Source: Candidatus Nanosynbacter lyticus (GTDB lineage: Bacteria > Patescibacteriota > Saccharimonadia > Saccharimonadales > Saccharimonadaceae). Taken from it: DNA of 32,000 bases. The notes below the pieces were generated by a model. It saw only the letters and a program-made list of their open reading frames with translations, was not told where the DNA came from and searched no databases. Each line of letters begins with the position of its first letter. Position 1 is the stretch's first letter. Made by a program: the position numbers and the translations under genes. The DNA lies in the NCBI RefSeq assembly GCF_000803625.1, contig NZ_CP007496.1, positions 180,001 through 212,000 of the forward strand. Direction: 5' to 3'. Shown piece after piece: positions 31,318 to 32,000 of this stretch.

Positions 31318-31905
31318 ATGGAAAGTCTTAAAGGCGGTGTATCTTTTAAGGTTAATTTTATTAATTCTGGCGATAATCCGGGAAATTCTTCTGGCGAAAG
31401 TCAGCGCCTGATAGGAATTTATAATGGCGATTGGTCTTTGGGGAGGAGCGGTGCTGTAAATGCGTCTATGGCGTTTGCCAGGAGGGAGGGTGATATACGT
31501 AGTCACGGCAATTTGATAGAGAGACTTTACGGATTGGGTGAGCGTTCGGCTCGAGTGTCATTGTCGAAGTGCTTAGACGCTGTCGATCTAGTGGAGGCTG
31601 ATGGACGATTGATTGCTGACCCTGTGTCGTACGGAGGACTTAGTGCTTTATATAGAAAGATAGGAGTAAGGCTTATTGCTCCGGATTCAATGGGTGAACA
31701 GGAAAGGGTAAGTGCTATTCGAATTGCTTTATCTGTTGGCGTCGTGGCTTTACGTTGCGCAGGTCTACCTCTGGAAGAATTAAAAGAATCTCCAGCCAAG
31801 CATTTTTGTCCAGATGAAGTAGACAAGTTGGTTTCTTGTTTTCATGGCAATGTAGATTTTGGCAGAGAATGGGGAGATATTAAGAGGGTAGTTACAGGAC
31901 CGTAG
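31318..31905 (+). CDS. hypothetical protein (195 aa)
   Basis: The ORF has a canonical promoter in leaderless geometry. I recognise no domain and see no TM segment. Confidence 0.5.
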   Translation: MESLKGGVSFKVNFINSGDNPGNSSGESQRLIGIYNGDWSLGRSGAVNASMAFARREGDIRSHGNLIERLYGLGERSARVSLSKCLDAVDLVEADGRLIADPVSYGGLSALYRKIGVRLIAPDSMGEQERVSAIRIALSVGVVALRCAGLPLEELKESPAKHFCPDEVDKLVSCFHGNVDFGREWGDIKRVVTGP

Positions 31906-31926
31906 CATATCTCTAAGGTTTAATAT

Positions 31927-32000
31927 ATGAAAAAATCTAAGAATTACGGTGCCAGAGTTGAAATTGATAGTCTTATTAATGGTGAGGTTGATAATAATTC
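31927..32000 (+). CDS. 5' end of an ORF running off the window (MKKSKNYGARVEIDSLINGEVDNN...)
   Basis: From ATG 31927 the frame stays open to the window end. Only 24 codons are visible, so coding status is uncertain. Confidence 0.3.
   Translation, partial: MKKSKNYGARVEIDSLINGEVDNN

Noticed and set aside
1-32000. Alternative genetic code (UGA as a sense codon), as in some candidate-phyla bacteria
   Set aside because: Several conserved genes end cleanly at TGA at their expected lengths, and an intact RF2 gene is present.
1-32000. tRNA, rRNA or other structured RNA genes, and mobile elements
   Set aside because: Every intergenic gap is 125 nt or shorter and is explained by promoters or terminators. 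I saw no cloverleaf-like sequence, transposase, integrase or terminal inverted repeats. A covariance-model scan would be needed to exclude small ncRNAs.

Overview
This is a gene-dense 32-kb chromosomal segment with about 38 CDS, 35 on the + strand and 3 on the - strand. I found no rRNA, tRNA, CRISPR array, transposase, integrase or prophage-like content. Most genes are recognisable housekeeping functions: CNNM/CBS transporter, uppP, serS, hpf, secA, M16 peptidase, murD, hpt, prfB, ftsE, ftsX, an S41 protease, rpmA, xseA, xseB, recO, glyQS and a Nudix hydrolase. Synteny is Firmicutes-like (hpf-secA; prfB-ftsE-ftsX-hydrolase-ctpA; recO-glyQS). Many genes overlap by 1-29 nt, and several ORFs have no recognisable domains. 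Together this fits a small, streamlined Gram-positive-type genome, possibly Patescibacteria/Saccharibacteria-like. That assignment is an inference I cannot verify without a database search. UGA is used as a stop codon and RF2 is present, so the standard bacterial code applies. I did not find a system with unmistakable novel hallmarks. The best second-look candidates are these. (1) A consistent promoter geometry places a TGnTATAAT-type extended -10 box 6-8 nt upstream of the ATG at 12 or more genes, which implies largely leaderless transcription and moves three start codons. (2) A four-gene cluster with no recognisable domains (19805-21949) has its own terminator/promoter junction containing a G8 tract, and includes a protein with 15-aa tandem repeats. 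(3) A MacB-like ABC transporter, PadR, a PspC-domain protein and uppP lie together, with a 14-bp palindrome in the promoter. (4) A 238-aa histidine-kinase core with no sensor domain is coupled to a REC-only response regulator and recO, in a visibly GC-rich patch. (5) ftsEX is directly followed by a coiled-coil + CHAP (PcsB-like) hydrolase and ctpA. (6) The right end carries a low-GC patch with a SAP-like protein and further unassignable ORFs. All domain calls come from motifs read by eye in the supplied translations. No searches were run.
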